Part shown: positions 24,951 to 38,674 of the stretch, in pieces | Layout of the letters: the number at the start of each line of letters is the position of its first letter | How positions within the stretch are numbered: the stretch's first letter is position 1 | Origin: Calcarisporiella thermophila CBS 279.70 | Lineage: Eukaryota; Fungi; Calcarisporiellomycota | Assembly: GCF_041956535.1 (NCBI RefSeq) | Contig: NW_027192194.1 | Location: 279,444 to 343,443 of the forward strand | Length of the DNA: 64,000 nt | Direction: 5' to 3' | Program-made: the position numbers and the translations under genes | Notes under the pieces: generated by a model | The model's input: the letters and a program-made list of their open reading frames with translations, nothing else | Told to the model about the DNA's origin: nothing | Databases searched by the model: none

Positions 24951-26621
24951 TTACTGCCGAAGCGTCTTGTTTATTTTTGTTAATTCACGCTGTAGTATAC
25001 CAGTTTCCACTCGTCTTCGCTTCGCATTTAGAGCTGTATTAATAGAGCTAGGATTTACTCTAATCGGCTGCTCGTCATTAGAGAGGTAGCGTTCCAATCG
25101 CTCAACATTTGTAGTTGAATTGGTTTCCCGTGCTTCTTCTAAAGTACAATTTTGAAAAGAGTACTTTGAATTTGAATGTATACTACTCGTGCTTGCCAAT
25201 GGGAGTCTCTCTTCAAATGTGCTTGGGATCTGGATCGGTGTTAATATGTGAGTGTTTCTGATCAAAAGTGGTATTTAAAAAATTCTCCTACTGTATTCGC
25301 TGCAAGATCTTGTAATAATCTGTTAGCATCACATTCATCTCCTTCACTGGATAAACCATCCTTAACTCCTTCCATAGGACGGCTCGATGAACTAGATGAT
25401 GCAGATGAATTCGAGATATTGCTTGAATTAAGAATCAAATCAGATCTTAAATTTGTTTGCAATTTTGGTCTAGAACCCGACTTAGTACTAGTATCTGATT
25501 TTGGCTCAGACCTAGAGCTTGAACTTATATTAGAACCCAAACTCGAGCTCGAGCTCGAACTTGATATCGATGAAGATCGCGATCTTGGTAATGACTCCGA
25601 GCGTATTATTTCAATTGGCTCATTATACTGAACTGTTATATCATAAGCCCGTATTTCGAGCGGCGAACGCGCAAAAGCAACAAGTTCGTGCACAAAATGC
25701 TCTGTATAGGGCTCTAAAAATGGGCGCAGCAATTCCAGTGCAGATTCAGTTCGTAAATCATGTGTTTTAAGCACTGCAATTACATATTCTCGTACAATTT
25801 CAGCGTTTTCCTCTTCAAGGATGGCCTGAAGATCCCGACGGATCCAGGGAACCAGTCGGCGGATTGCTTCAGGATGAGAGGAAAAATATGTGGGCGCTAA
25901 ACAGTAAAGAAAATAGTATTGTAACTAAAGTAGCATAGTGAGTAATAAAAAATACTTACAAACTTCACGATATTTCGAATAACGGTTACTCCCTATATGC
26001 ATAGCAAAGAGCTTGTGTCGATAAATATACCTAATCATACATTCAAGTAAGTCTTGAAAACTCTGTGAAAAGAATATTAATTCAATTTAACCTTCGTCTC
26101 TCCACTGCTTCCTGTTGAGTTTTTGATAATTGACGTTCTTCAATTGGTTCTTGCCACCGCCTTTGAAATCGTCTATATTGATTCGGCCTGCGAGATCTGT
26201 CAATAGGCTGCCTTAATTCTGACTCAGTTTTGAATTCCGGTACCCAATACTAGTACAATGAAGTTAGATTACTGTCAAAAGAATAATAACCATAAAAATA
26301 TACACCTTTTTATAATCTAGTTCTGATTTAACATCATGTAATATATATTCAAACGGTTGAACACAGAGCGGACAGCGAGCACGTCGAGCATATTCGATCC
26401 ATTGAAGAATGCATGCAAAACAAAATGCGTCTGATAATTGGAAGTTTGGGAGAAATAGTTTAGATTGTGCTAATAATAGTATAATCAGAACATCATTACT
26501 TACGAAAGCATGAATTCAATAATGATTTGTCTTGATATATCTGCAAGCATATCGAGCATGTTTCTTCAGGAAGTTGATCTTTTGAGGAAGAGGCTACCTT
26601 TTGATCCAGTATATCTTGCAT
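24951..26621 (-). CDS. RING-finger E3 ligase, TOPORS-like
   Basis: N-terminal C3HC4 RING CSICLQ...CFH|AFCFACILQW...CPLC, then RRLVPWIRRDL and LRPFLEPYTEHFVHELVAFARSP, then a Ser-rich tail. Confidence 0.82.
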
Positions 26622-27353
26622 AGCAAAGCAAAAGTATAAAGATAGTGGCGAAAATTTAATTTTCCGTGACCGTTTATATCAATTTATAGAAGCCCTCGCA
26701 CCATTGTTGGATCCTAGATCTATAGTTTAACTCTCCATAAGAGAAACAAATTTATTCTGATTTGAACACTGTTAAGATTATAACAATGCATTAGGTGTTT
26801 GATTATATTTGAAAAAAAAAATGATTCGTATCGTGGTGTTGGAGAGTTTGAGATGTCCACTAGAAAGAGAATAAAACCTGTTGAAAAGTCTTACAAGTAA
26901 TTTTATTCTGTCGATTGGGAATTAAATTGAATATTGGACCCGATAAGCCCGACAAATTCCAATTGTAATTCAAAAAAAAAATGCTAAATGAAATAAAAAA
27001 ACTTAAAAATTCAAAAAAAATAAAAGAAAAAAATTTTGTTTTGAAAAATTTTTGAAATTATTTTTTTTAAATTTGATCCAATAGCATTTTGTTTATTTAC
27101 TCACATTGATATATTATTTGCTTTTTGTATATATGTCTCTGAGAAAGATTAGTTCATATGGTCCCGAGCTTCCACATATGAATAATCCCTTTTCTATAGA
27201 ATGTAGAATTTGCAAAGTATATAAAGCATACATATAACAGTGAATAATAGTATTAGTTATTATCCTTATAAAGTCAAAGCTGGCTTGCTATAAAAGGTAG
27301 ATAATTGCGTAGCAAATTATTTTAGTGGAAAGAACGAACTATTTTTAAACATA

Positions 27354-28780
27354 ATGGCAAGTTCCAGTGTGAAATTACAGATAGATCTTCATGTTAAATA
27401 CATTCAAAGTCTTGATACGGTAAATCTACCTCTTATGTTCTTATTTTTATTACTCTAATAGATTATATCATATCATATAATATCATTCTATTCTATCATA
27501 TGATTAGAAACACGATGACCTAGAATATTGGCTAACCGAACATCTCCGGCTTGGTGGTATTTACTGGGGACTTACAGCTTTAGATTTGATGAATCATATA
27601 GATGCACTGGATCGTAACAAGGTTATCGAATATGTTAAAGCTTGCCAGCAGCCCGATGGTAATTGTTTTAAAATTCGCTCGTGATTTTCCTTAGTTTAGT
27701 TTGATAATTTATCTTGTAGGCGGCTTCGGTGGACATATTGGCCATGATTCTCACATTCAAACAACTTTAAACGCCATTCATATTTTATCCATATATGACG
27801 CGTTGGATGCAATCAATACAGATAAGGTGATTGAATGTGAGTGTCGTGATAAATATATATCAATTATTGTAAAATTGAAATTTATATCACATTTTAATTC
27901 TCCATATTTCTGTCTAGATGTGGCTGGTCTTCAGGACAAAGGAACTGGGGCATTTTATGGGGATAAATGGGGCGAATTGGATACACGTTTCATATATATA
28001 GCATTTCAGTGTTTAGCCATCCTTAAACGTTTGGATGCAATCGACGTTGAAATGGCAATAAAATGGATTTTATCGTGTATGAATTTCGATGGCGGATTTG
28101 GTGCAATGCCCGGCTCAGAATCGCATGGGGCACAAAGTAAGATAATAATACATTATTCTGTATAATGATAGTAATAATTTAGATACATGTGTGTAGTTTT
28201 CGTATGTGTCGCGGCTCTTGCCATTGCTGATCGACTCCATCTTATTGATGAGGATCTTTTAGGGTGGTGGCTATGTGAAAGACAACAAAAGAGTGGAGGA
28301 TTAAATGGCCGTCCTGAAAAATTAGAAGACGTAAATACTAAAAAGTTATACTCTGATCTCCGTTTATCTAAACTACACTTTCAATAGTCCTGTTATTCAT
28401 GGTGGGTTCTTTCCTCTTTGAGAATTCTTGGCCGACTTGACTGGATAAATAAAGATAAACTCTGCGAATTCATACTTTCATGTCAAGTAAATTATTTTAT
28501 TCTGTATGTTTAATTCTAATTCTTAACTGTTTAATTTTTAGGATCCTGAAATTGGAGGTATTTCTGACAGGCCTGGCAACATGGTGGATGTATATCACAC
28601 ACATTTTGGTATTGCAGGTAAATCACTAAAAATTTTCAATGATATCAACATTTCACTTACACCTAATCTTTAGGACTCTCTCTGCTCGGCTATCCTGGAC
28701 TCAAGCCTATTGATCCAGTTTACTGTCTCCCAAAGCATGTAGTTCAAAGATTAGGATTGCCTGAGAACTATAAAATCTAA
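27354..28780 (+). CDS. BET2: Rab geranylgeranyltransferase (GGTase II) beta subunit
   Basis: [67 protein letters not shown]|[17 protein letters not shown]; 8 exons. Confidence 0.96.
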
Positions 28781-29072
28781 AATACACTTTCCAATTGAAA
28801 TTATGCTAAATATTCCCCATATTCTGGTATACAAAATTTCCCCTAAAGCCTCTGGTGTTGTATATGTTGGGAATGCCAAATTTCTTATAAAAATAATATA
28901 ATATATAAGAAAACTATAGTAATGGTTCCAAAACTCTAAGGGTGCTATGCAAGGTTTATGATGATTAAATAAAATCTCTATGGAACTCTTAAGGCTTTTC
29001 GAAAATATTAGTTTTTATATATAAATAATATAGCAAAATTTATTAAAAATATAAAATATCACAGTAGATACG

Positions 29073-30241
29073 TTAGCTCGGCGCATTTGTGTGAACTCGA
29101 ATTACGCTTTCAAGATCCAAAAGTTGCTCTAAGCAAGATCGAACCCTTTCCTCTTCTTCGTCAGCTGAAATATTGGCTACTGTATTTGGGATATAAGCGA
29201 ATTCACAGGTGTTCACTTCATATCCGAATTTAGAGGTCAGCTGTGATGATATAGCACTTAACTTAGATATGTCGCAGAATATCTATGAAACAATAATGAT
29301 ATTTAATTCAAAGAACATATATCAGTTAAAAACATTAATAGCCACCTCAACCTCATCCTCTGCTCCATAATCAATATCTTCCGCACCCTCTTCTATGGCA
29401 TTATCTATCATTTGCTCCATAGAGTGGCTGCTCAAACCTCGTGTGAAGCAAATTTTGCCCTTTTTCTCGAACATCCAAGATACAGAAGTTAGAGAACCAC
29501 TAGAATTATCAAAACGAATATGGTTAATCCCAACACAAACTGTTGTAGATTAGACTATTTACCCCACTTTATTAAGGACTTCTTTCACCTCTTTAACAGT
29601 CCTATTCCTATTATCTGTTACCGCTTCTCTATATTTTTTTAAACTAATAAGAGATAGTGCAAAGAACTTAAGAATGATTATTTACATTATTAGGGCAACA
29701 TTACACGGTCCTAATCCCTCGTAAAGCACACTCTCAGTATTGTCCTTATTTTGTCCTGTGGCCTATACAAAATTGCCTTAATATGATATAATTTTATATT
29801 GTCAAAAAGTTGGTGAAATTTTACACAATACCCGCTGTATAACATTTTCGATACTATCTTTTGGCATGTTTGCAGTCTTTGCTCTAGTCAACGCGGCAGC
29901 TAATCGTCCATTTAGAGTGAAATCGGATCCTCCACCTATACAAGCAAGATGATTTTAGATACTAAACATAGTCAAAAATGCTATTAAATTCTGTGATATA
30001 TCCTCTCTTTACTTTTAATGGATGATATTATCTCTAGAGCAATCTTTGTAAAAAGAACATTTCTCTTTACATCTTTCTTAGCTTTAATATGCTTAACTTT
30101 ACTCCATTTATTATGTCCAGCAAATCTGACTTGATTGATTGGATTTAGAAGGTACAGTGGACATGATGGCCTCGAAATTCGAAGAGAAAGCTGCGACCGC
30201 TGTATTGCCCTGCTGGCCAACCTAGGACCCAGTAGTGACAT
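29073..30241 (-). CDS. YebC/PmpR/TACO1-family mitochondrial translation factor
   Basis: Arg/Ser-rich presequence, then AGHNKWSKVKHIKA, LYEGLGP, EAVTDNRNRT and WMFEKKG; 6 exons. Confidence 0.92.
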
Positions 30242-30607
30242 GATCTGAGAGAACCAAGTAATTCCATAATACTTAATGCAAATTGAAAATATAAGCCACA
30301 CAGTGCCAAAATTGTGCTCACCATGTATTAAATTACAACAATTACTATAATTATTGATATAACAGTAATAACAGAGAATAAGGTATGTTTACTACCGGAA
30401 TTCACTGACCAAGGAAGCATATAGCAAATAAGATACCATTTACTTGACGATGCATACACAGTATACAATGTTGCGTTTAACTGAATGTCTTGATATTTCA
30501 TTATTTAGTTGCACTTTTGAAGTAAAGCATTTTGATATATGTATATTGACTTGCAATACTTCAAATGTTATTTATTGTTGATTTTTTTAATATAATTTAT
30601 CGTTGTT

Positions 30608-32765
30608 TTATACGCTCTCAAATGCGATAGCGTTTTCGGTCGGCATGTAAAATGGTCCTTGGCGAACAAATTGTTGGAGACGATTGAAAGTATGAGTGCC
30701 AAGGAGAGTCGCTGCATCAGGTACAGTTATTAGAGTTTGAGCAATCGCAAATTTCCACGTCTTCACAGTTATATAATTAGATATAATTGCTAACGTATTC
30801 CTAATTTCTTCACTCCTTACCTTGCCAATGTGAGTGCTCTCAGTCCTCCTATCAAGGATAAATTCAACAAAACTCTTTGACTGTCCCATTTCTTGCGTTA
30901 AGTTAGGGTGAAAAGCCATTCCTTGCATGACAGAAAATGCAGAGACTTTCAATTCTTCTAATGACTGCTTTGCGTAAACAATGAGCTCCGAAAGAAGAGC
31001 TTTGGTTTGATTACTGTTAGTTGCTACTGCTATAGAGTGTTGATTAAACAATTAGACTTGATCAGTTATTGTATAACTGTATTTACTTGAGAAGCTCCGA
31101 TACAATTTCCCAGCAATTTCCGAAAGTTGCATAGAAGGATTTTCACTATATAGAAACAACTATCTTAGCACATATCAGATTTAACAATTATTTATAACAT
31201 ACCTAGCATGGAGACAGGATGACAAGCTTTGAAGACAGGCTAACCTCACGTCACCAATCGACGTTTTGTATATATTCGCAATAAGCGCTAAGAGGTCTGG
31301 AGAAGAATTATCAAGCAAAACAAGCCCAAGCGGATCATTTCCGATATTTCCGATCACATTAATAGCTGTGGTCTATTACACCAAATAAATAAAAAGGTTC
31401 AACCAGAGTAATAAACCACATGGTCGCTATTACCTTAAGTTCCACATTGCTTTCATTAACGGCTTGGGCAAGCAGAGAAAATAGATCGTATTTTTGCACG
31501 ATATTATCGAACTGCAAATCCTAAAACCCAATTTCGCTTTCAATATTTACAAATTGCTGACTGGTCAAATAAGATTAAGAAATATATACCTTATAATCCA
31601 CGAGCTTTCCAAAAAATTTTAGTGTTGCACATTTAGCTAAAGTTACAGAGAAGCTATTGCTTTCGTCTTGGAGGATTCGAACGAATTCTTGTATTATTCC
31701 CGCTTGTTCAAGAAGACAAAAGCCATTAGAGGTGGAAGATAACTATTAAAATTTTGTCAGTAACATTTTTAGACAAAGTTTTTGCTATTAACTACCTGTG
31801 AATATAATTCAATAATATTCATTTTCAAGAGAAGATCTTCTGTCTTATAATCTTCATACATTGCATCTAATAAGCCGGACGATTTTATAAGATCTAGAGC
31901 TTCAGGTGAAGTGGAAGCTAGTTGAACTACAAGCTCGTATATACGAAGTTTTACGGTATCATTTCTAGAAAATAAATAAAATATAATAATCAACTGCAAG
32001 AAACAAAGAATGGAGTACCAACCTTCTTAACAAACTATATAGGAGATCAACATTGCGCTCTCTAAATAGAGCGGTAAGTCCAAGTGCATTTGAAGCTATC
32101 TGTTTTAATTCGAAAATCAGTTAAAAGTACGAAAAATTATGCTTGGATTATAAAAACTATTTACTTCAGTCAAAAATTTAGTGGCAGTACTCGACACTTG
32201 GATATCATCTGCACTCAAACTATCAAGGACTAGTTCAAATAATTCGGAATTTGCCTATATAACTCGGATTGAAATTGTAAGATAAAAGTAAAAATTAACA
32301 CGGTTATTTATGTGATGTTAATACCATTTTTGATATCAGATCTCCCCTGATCATGCATTTGGTTAATTGCTTTATTGAAAGCAGACGCACTGGGGTCAAT
32401 TCACTTTGGAGGCCTTGTTCTAGAAACGGCTAATTAAAAAAAAAACTATTAATAATAAGACATAGATTTGTAGCAATGAGAAATACCTTCATGTCTCCTT
32501 CTGCTATGTCGATATAGCTAAATGGTTGTAATAGCTTCTCAATCACAATACAAATAAGCCGCGTTATTTCATCATTAATATATAGCTTGCTGAATAAGAG
32601 GGGTAATGGAACGATTTCCATTATGGAACGCGAGATTTGCTCAGAAATCTCTTCCTCAAATGATGAAAGAATGGCATGAAGGAGTGGTGCAATTTCATTT
32701 GGGTCACAATCAGGATAACGAAGAAGTTGGGCAAGACGTGTAAGTCGATTTTCCTCAGGCGTCAT
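30608..32765 (-). CDS. PSMD5: 26S proteasome base assembly chaperone PSMD5/S5b (Hsm3-like), ARM repeats
   Basis: NDTVKLRIYELVVQLASTS, EDLLLKMNIIELYSQ and C-terminal FVRQGPFY; about 11 short exons. Confidence 0.8.
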
Positions 32766-33225
32766 TTGTATTTAATATCAAAAAAAAAAAAATTAATGAA
32801 ATTAAACTATTTGCTACTCTGGGAATAAATCTGTTCTAGTAAATCCGTATATACGTATGCGTGTGTGCACGTACGTATTCATATTCGGATACGTTTAGTA
32901 TATATATGATATTCAGCATGGAAGTATATTCGTTTAAATATTCTTATAATTTGGATGGATATCATGTTATTTCGTTACCAGAGTTAAATTTATGGATTTT
33001 TTGTATTTAATATTATCCAATAGTTCTGCTAAATGCTACAAAAATATTGTTTTTCAGGTTCAATTACGTAAAGTATGTAAAGCTCCCTGTAAGCTTTGTA
33101 TATTTTTAAAAGTGTTGTCACTTGGTTAAATGTAACAACAGTTTATCTATTTTGTGGCACAGCATTTATATTTATTTCGAGCTTTCTTTACGGAAAAAGA
33201 TATTCATAACAGTTTCACCCAAAAC

Positions 33226-35305
33226 ATGCGAGATGATGAAAACCGAACTGGCGCAGTCCCCGACGGCGAAAAGATTAAGCTAGCAAACGCAATCAAAGAC
33301 GAGGCCAATGCTCTTTTTCAAGGTTTATTGATGTCTTACCTAAATAAGGCTATTGAAAATTAAATAGAATTATAAATATGTCCTAGCAAAAAAGTATGAA
33401 GAATCAATTGAGAAGTATACCAAAGCGATCGATCTAAATCCAGGAGTGGCAGCTTACTATGCTAATCGTGCGTTTGCTCATATAAAGACCGAAGCATACG
33501 GATATGCTGCTGCAGATGCAAACATGGCAATTGAACTTGATCCCAATTATATCAAGGTTTTTTCTCATTGATAATTTGATCCCAATCTTTCTTTTAAAAA
33601 TTTTTGTGTTTGAATTTTTGAAGGGATATTATCGTCGTGCGTCTGCTAATATGGCAACTGGGAAGTTTAAAGAAGCTCTTCGTGATTTCCGAATTGTGGT
33701 CAAACGTGCACCAAACGATACTAGCGCCAAGATGAAGCTTACGGAATGTGAAAAAATCGTTAGAAGAATTGAATTTGAAAAAGCTATCGAGGTAAGAGCA
33801 GATTCGAGCTGAAATACATTATATAATATCGTTAATTTCTCGTTTTTATCTTGTTATATAACAGTTTGATGATTCTGTACCAAGTATTGCAGATCAGCTA
33901 GATGTGGATAGTATAGGTACGTTTTTTCAGCAAAATGTTAGTTGATGATTGAGACATTCAATACTAAACTCTTGTATATAAAGTGGTTGAGGAATCTTAT
34001 GACGGAAAACAATTAAAGGACGGAGCCATTGATCTGGAGTTCGTGGATGATATGATCGAGCGGTTCAAAAATCAGAAGAAAATTCATAAAAAATTCGCTT
34101 ATCATATTATAATCACAATCCGCAAAATACTACTTGAAACACCTCCTTTGGTTGAATTTTCTGTACCTGAAGGTTCTGTTCTGACAGTTTGTGGCGATGT
34201 ACATGGTAAGTAACAGTATTTTTTGTTATTAGTTTGATTTTTAATTAAGTCTAAAATGTAGGTCAATTTTATGATTTCCTGAATATATTCGATATAAATG
34301 GTCGACCCTCGCCAACAAACATGTATCTATTCAACGGCGATTTCGTTGATCGTGGCTCATTCTCTGTCGAGATTGCACTCACGTTGTTTGCATATAAATG
34401 CCTTTATCCAGAATCTGTATTTATTGCTCGTGGGAATCATGAGAGCGATGACATGAATAAGGTTTATGGATTTGAAGGGGAGGTCAAGGCAAAATATCCT
34501 TTTTGTAATATAAATCTTGATTCATTGACCGATTTTTCAGTGCAGTGCTCTCTGGAAATTTATGATATCCTTAACATTTTTTTTATGATATACGTTCTCG
34601 GATACTATGTACAAGCTCTTCACGCAGACCTTCACGTGTCTTCCGCTTGCGCACTTGATTTCGGATAAAATTTTTGTGGTTCATGGCGGGCTATTTAGTA
34701 AAGATGGAGTGACTCTAGACGATATTCGTAAGATAGATCGTTTCAAAGTGAAGCGGCCAGCTGATCATGGTGAGTTGAAAGATCTTAAAATCCCAAAGTG
34801 TTTTACTGTCTTAATCAAGTTTCTAGAACTTGTGAGCGACATGCTTTGGTCTGATCCGCACCCATCACCTGGCCGAGCATTGAGTAAACGGGGTGTCGGC
34901 GTCCAGTTTGGACCAGATGTAACTGAAAAATTCTTGAAAGACAATGATTTGGGTATAGTTTTGATATTGAAATTAATAGCACATTTCACTAACACTTTTC
35001 ATTATAGATCTTATTATTCGCAGTCATGAAGTGAAAGAAGAAGGATATGTGATTGAACATAATGGAAAATGCATTACGGTCTTCTCTGCTCCGAATTATT
35101 GTGATTCAGTTGGAAACAAAGGGGCGCTGATACGTATTGATAGTAAACTTAAGCTCGAATTCAAAACATTCGCGGCAGTGGTAATTATTTTCATTATACA
35201 ATATATTTTCTATTATAAATTAATTGTTATACTTTCTTACCTATCTAGCCTCATCCTAACGTGCGTGCTATGGCGTATGCTTCACCATTGGGTGGTCTAT
35301 TTTGA
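33226..35305 (+). CDS. PPT1: Serine/threonine protein phosphatase 5 (TPR + PPP catalytic domain)
   Basis: TPR motifs [16 protein letters not shown] and GYYRRA; catalytic motifs [26 protein letters not shown] and SAPNYC; C-terminal [11 protein letters not shown]. Ten exons, one intron being AT-AC. Confidence 0.97.
34494..34593 (+). other. U12-type (minor spliceosome) AT-AC intron, 100 nt
   Basis: Donor ATATCCTTTT at 34494, branch site TCCTTAAC at 34568-34575, acceptor ...TAC at 34593. Removal gives the in-frame sequence [15 protein letters not shown], as expected for PP5. Confidence 0.93.
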
Positions 35306-35481
35306 TAGATTCTTTGGACCCTATTTTTAATTAAAGTCTATTTGGTACCCTTAAACATTACTCCAATAACGTCAGTTCTATATTAAAATATCTTTAACAA
35401 AAAGATGAATGAAAACATTTCTAGTAAGAGATAGATCTGGTATTGAAAGAAAAAAGAGAATCTTTGATAAAATAGAATAAG

Positions 35482-37343
35482 CTATTCATCGGTATCAAAA
35501 ACAATTTTTGTAGGCTTTGCAGCAGGATCAATTTCACGGAAGAAAGCACCATATGACTTGTGCTCTTTTTTCTTTACAGTTGTGCCAAACTTAAGAAGTG
35601 AATCGGGCACTTCTTGATTAGCTTGGCGGAGAACGTTAATTAGCTCTCCAGAATGCGCCTTATCATTTTGTGTAAATAAAGTATGAGAGAAACCCTATTA
35701 AGACGTTTCAAAATTAGTTATTATTACACTATATTATATTCAAATATCAATACCTTTTTACCACCACGTCCCGTGCGACCAATCCGATGCACGTAATCTT
35801 CGATTGTGAGCGGGAATGTATAATTGAGAACATATTCGACATCAGGAATATCAAGTCCTCGAGCTGCCACATCTGTTGCAATTAAGAGCGGGTATGAACC
35901 ATCCTTAAACGCATTGAGTGCCTCTGTACGTTGGTATTGATTTTTATCGCCGTGGATTGATTGAACCTTGAAACCTTGGCGCATTATCATATTTTCAATT
36001 CTAACTGCCTCCTTTTTGTAAAGAACAAATACTAATACACGGTTTTTACGAGATTTATGATATTGATTTAACAATTGAATAAGACGCCTCTCTTTGTCAC
36101 GTGGATCGTTGAGAACTTCGACTGTTTGTTTAACATTTTGGCTCGCAGCGAGATCAGGTGATCCGATTGTAACCTTTACAGGCGAGCTGAGGAAATCTTG
36201 GGCAAGTTTTTGCACATTTTCGGGCCAGGTAGCAGAGAACATCACAGTTTGACGGTCCTTACGTGCCATTGAAATAATTTGTCGTATAGGTTCTTCAAAG
36301 CCTACATCTAACATTCGGTCTGCTTCGTCCAAAACAAGGAAGGATACAGAACTTAGGTTGACAATGCTCTCGTTGACAAGATCAAGAAGACGACCAGGAG
36401 TGCACACCAAAACATGAACACCGCCTTGCAATGCCTTTTTCTGATCATATTTTGACACGCCGCCATAGATGCAAGTAGATTTAATCCCACAATTGCTACC
36501 GGCCGCCTCGAATTGTTCATATGTTTGGATGGCCAACTCGCGTGTAGGCGCTACTACAAGTACAATTGGGCCTTCTTTTGGCTTCTTGGTGAATGAAGAT
36601 TGTCCCATTATATGAGTAATCGCAGGCAAAGCAAATGCAAATGTTTTCCCGGAGCTTTAAAAAAATATTCACCATTGTTAACATATGATTATATGCTCAT
36701 GAAATATTAATGTGCCAACTTACCCAGTTTCAGCGATTCCAATGATATCGTGACCATTTAATAGTACAGGCCAGCAAGTAGCTTGAATCGGAGTTGGCTT
36801 CTCGAATTTATTCAGTGCTTGCATTAGTTTTTCATCAAACGAGGCATTCTTGAATTCAGTTATTGGTTTCCACAAAGCTTCGTTACCGGTGACCTCAATA
36901 CTGTGCTGTTTATAATACTGATTCACCTCTGCAACCGAAATAGGATCCTGAGCTATATGCGGCTTATAGAAACATTTTCGGAGTTGAGCATCGCCTGCTG
37001 CATGGTTGAACTGACTATAACCGCTGGAAATGTCCATCCCTTTACTCTCGTCTATTACTTCAAACTTTTCCTTTTTGACCTTCTTTTCCTCCTTTGCTCT
37101 CTTTTCCTTCTTTTTCTTTTTTTTATCCTTCTTCTCCAATTTATCGCCTTTCTCCTTATCTTTCTTCTTTTTCTTCAGTTTACCATTATTCGTATCAACA
37201 GAATCTATCTCGTTGAGCTTCCTTTTTCTTTCTTCTTTGTTTTTACGATCACTTCCTGTGTTCTCGTCATTCGCGTTAGTTTTTTCCTTCTTTTCCACTC
37301 TATCCGACGAGGATTGTTGATGATCAAGATCGGCAATTGACAT
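35482..37343 (-). CDS. DBP3: DEAD-box RNA helicase Dbp3 (ribosome biogenesis)
   Basis: Lys-rich N-terminus; Q motif [12 protein letters not shown]|[31 protein letters not shown]; C-terminal [18 protein letters not shown]. Confidence 0.95.
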
Positions 37344-38674
37344 ATTGAAAGTGGAGTAAAACTTAACTCTTAAAAAACAGAATCAAGTAAATAAAGTGAC
37401 TGCCCAAAAAGACGGTCACGAACAAACTGTCTTATGGGTCAAAAATACCAAAGATAATTGCCTTTCAACTATTTTGGACTGGCATTTGAGGAGAAGTCCC
37501 GCGTAACCCGCTGACGGCGTTGTTTATCAAAAGTATTTAAACTAATATCATTTGATAGCATACACCTGACAAACCCATCGTTTTATCCGAGATTTTCAGG
37601 TTTTATCGGTGAATTTATTATCCTATTTATAAGTCTCTTCTAATATGGTCCATAAAACTTCATGACTGGAGAGCGATGGTACTCAAACAATTCTATCCTA
37701 CGCTCTGCCCACTGGTATTGGTGTGTATATTGCAATACGAATGTTAGACTGGGCGTGCTTAGTGAAGTTTGTTCGTTATCTATTCCGCCTGCAAATGATA
37801 TAGATGTGAGGGAAAGGTTTCTTCCGTAATTATGTGCCGAATTTGCAGCAATTGAGCCGCTGAATTTTCCAATTTAAATTATTTCAAAACAAATTTGGTA
37901 AAAATAAAATTTAAAACTACTTTTTAAGATCTTTTCCATTATAAAATTTTTAGCATTTGTTCAAATATAATTGTCTCTATACATGTTTTCATAAAGATCT
38001 CTCCAGAAGATACATGGATGCATTCTCCTCCCGTATATCGTTATATATAAAACGTAATTACAGGTTTAGGGAGCTATGACTAGAAGAAATTAGTAAAACA
38101 TATCCATTTGATTTGTTGATTTTCAACTGCATTTGGTTTGAATTTATCTCCGGGTTTATAAACAGTTGTAAAAAGTTAAATAGTCGCCTGAACGAATGTG
38201 CTTTCTCTTCGTTTCAATAACAATATAAATCCTTTGCATTTATCAAGCGATGATTATTTTGCTTATAAAGTGAATTGCTTATATGAAGATTATTAGAATG
38301 ATTCAGCTGAAATATCACGAGCGGAGCGGAGAATACCAACAGGGCTTAAGTTTATGGATTTGAATTGAGCGAGTTTTTGTGACATTTCTTGGCTCGGATA
38401 AACTATGGTTGATATTCCATGTAATATAAACTTTTCCAAATTAGTAGTCAACAATAGGTTGTGGACAAAGCTCAGCGTCATATTAGGAGGGGGCATTTGC
38501 ACGGGGATTTTATTACGATGAAACCGTCGTATATAAATTGTGCTAGACGGTAGTATTTCGATTTCGTGAACTCTCCCCCTTCTAATTCTTTCATTCCTTA
38601 ATCACTTTTCTCTAGTCGTTTTTAATTTCCCACATTCTTTTATATTCTTCAATATAATTTCATAAATAGTGGAT

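Noticed and set aside
25229-25291. ATGA-style stop/start overlap (25262/25265) suggesting operon-like coupling
   Set aside because: A GT-AG intron (ANT|IPS) makes both ORFs one TOPORS-like gene.
25248-25631. ELELELE repeat ORF on the plus strand
   Set aside because: Antisense shadow of the Ser-rich tract of the TOPORS-like gene.
26960-27095. A-tract/T-tract quasi-palindrome as a possible MITE
   Set aside because: Low-complexity poly(dA:dT) promoter sequence with no defined terminal inverted repeats or target-site duplication.
36903-37340. Phe/Leu-rich 'membrane protein' ORFs on the plus strand
   Set aside because: Antisense shadows of the Lys/Glu-rich DBP3 N-terminus.
37401-37478. Two small hairpins upstream of DBP3 resembling an H/ACA snoRNA
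   Set aside because: The hairpins are too short and there is no terminal ACA box.
37662-37829. 55-aa ORF with CxxC and an ATGA...AAA hairpin resembling a SECIS element
   Set aside because: No 3' GA quartet partner, no upstream gene with an in-frame TGA, and no recognisable protein similarity. I found no Sec-type in-frame TGA in any spliced model.
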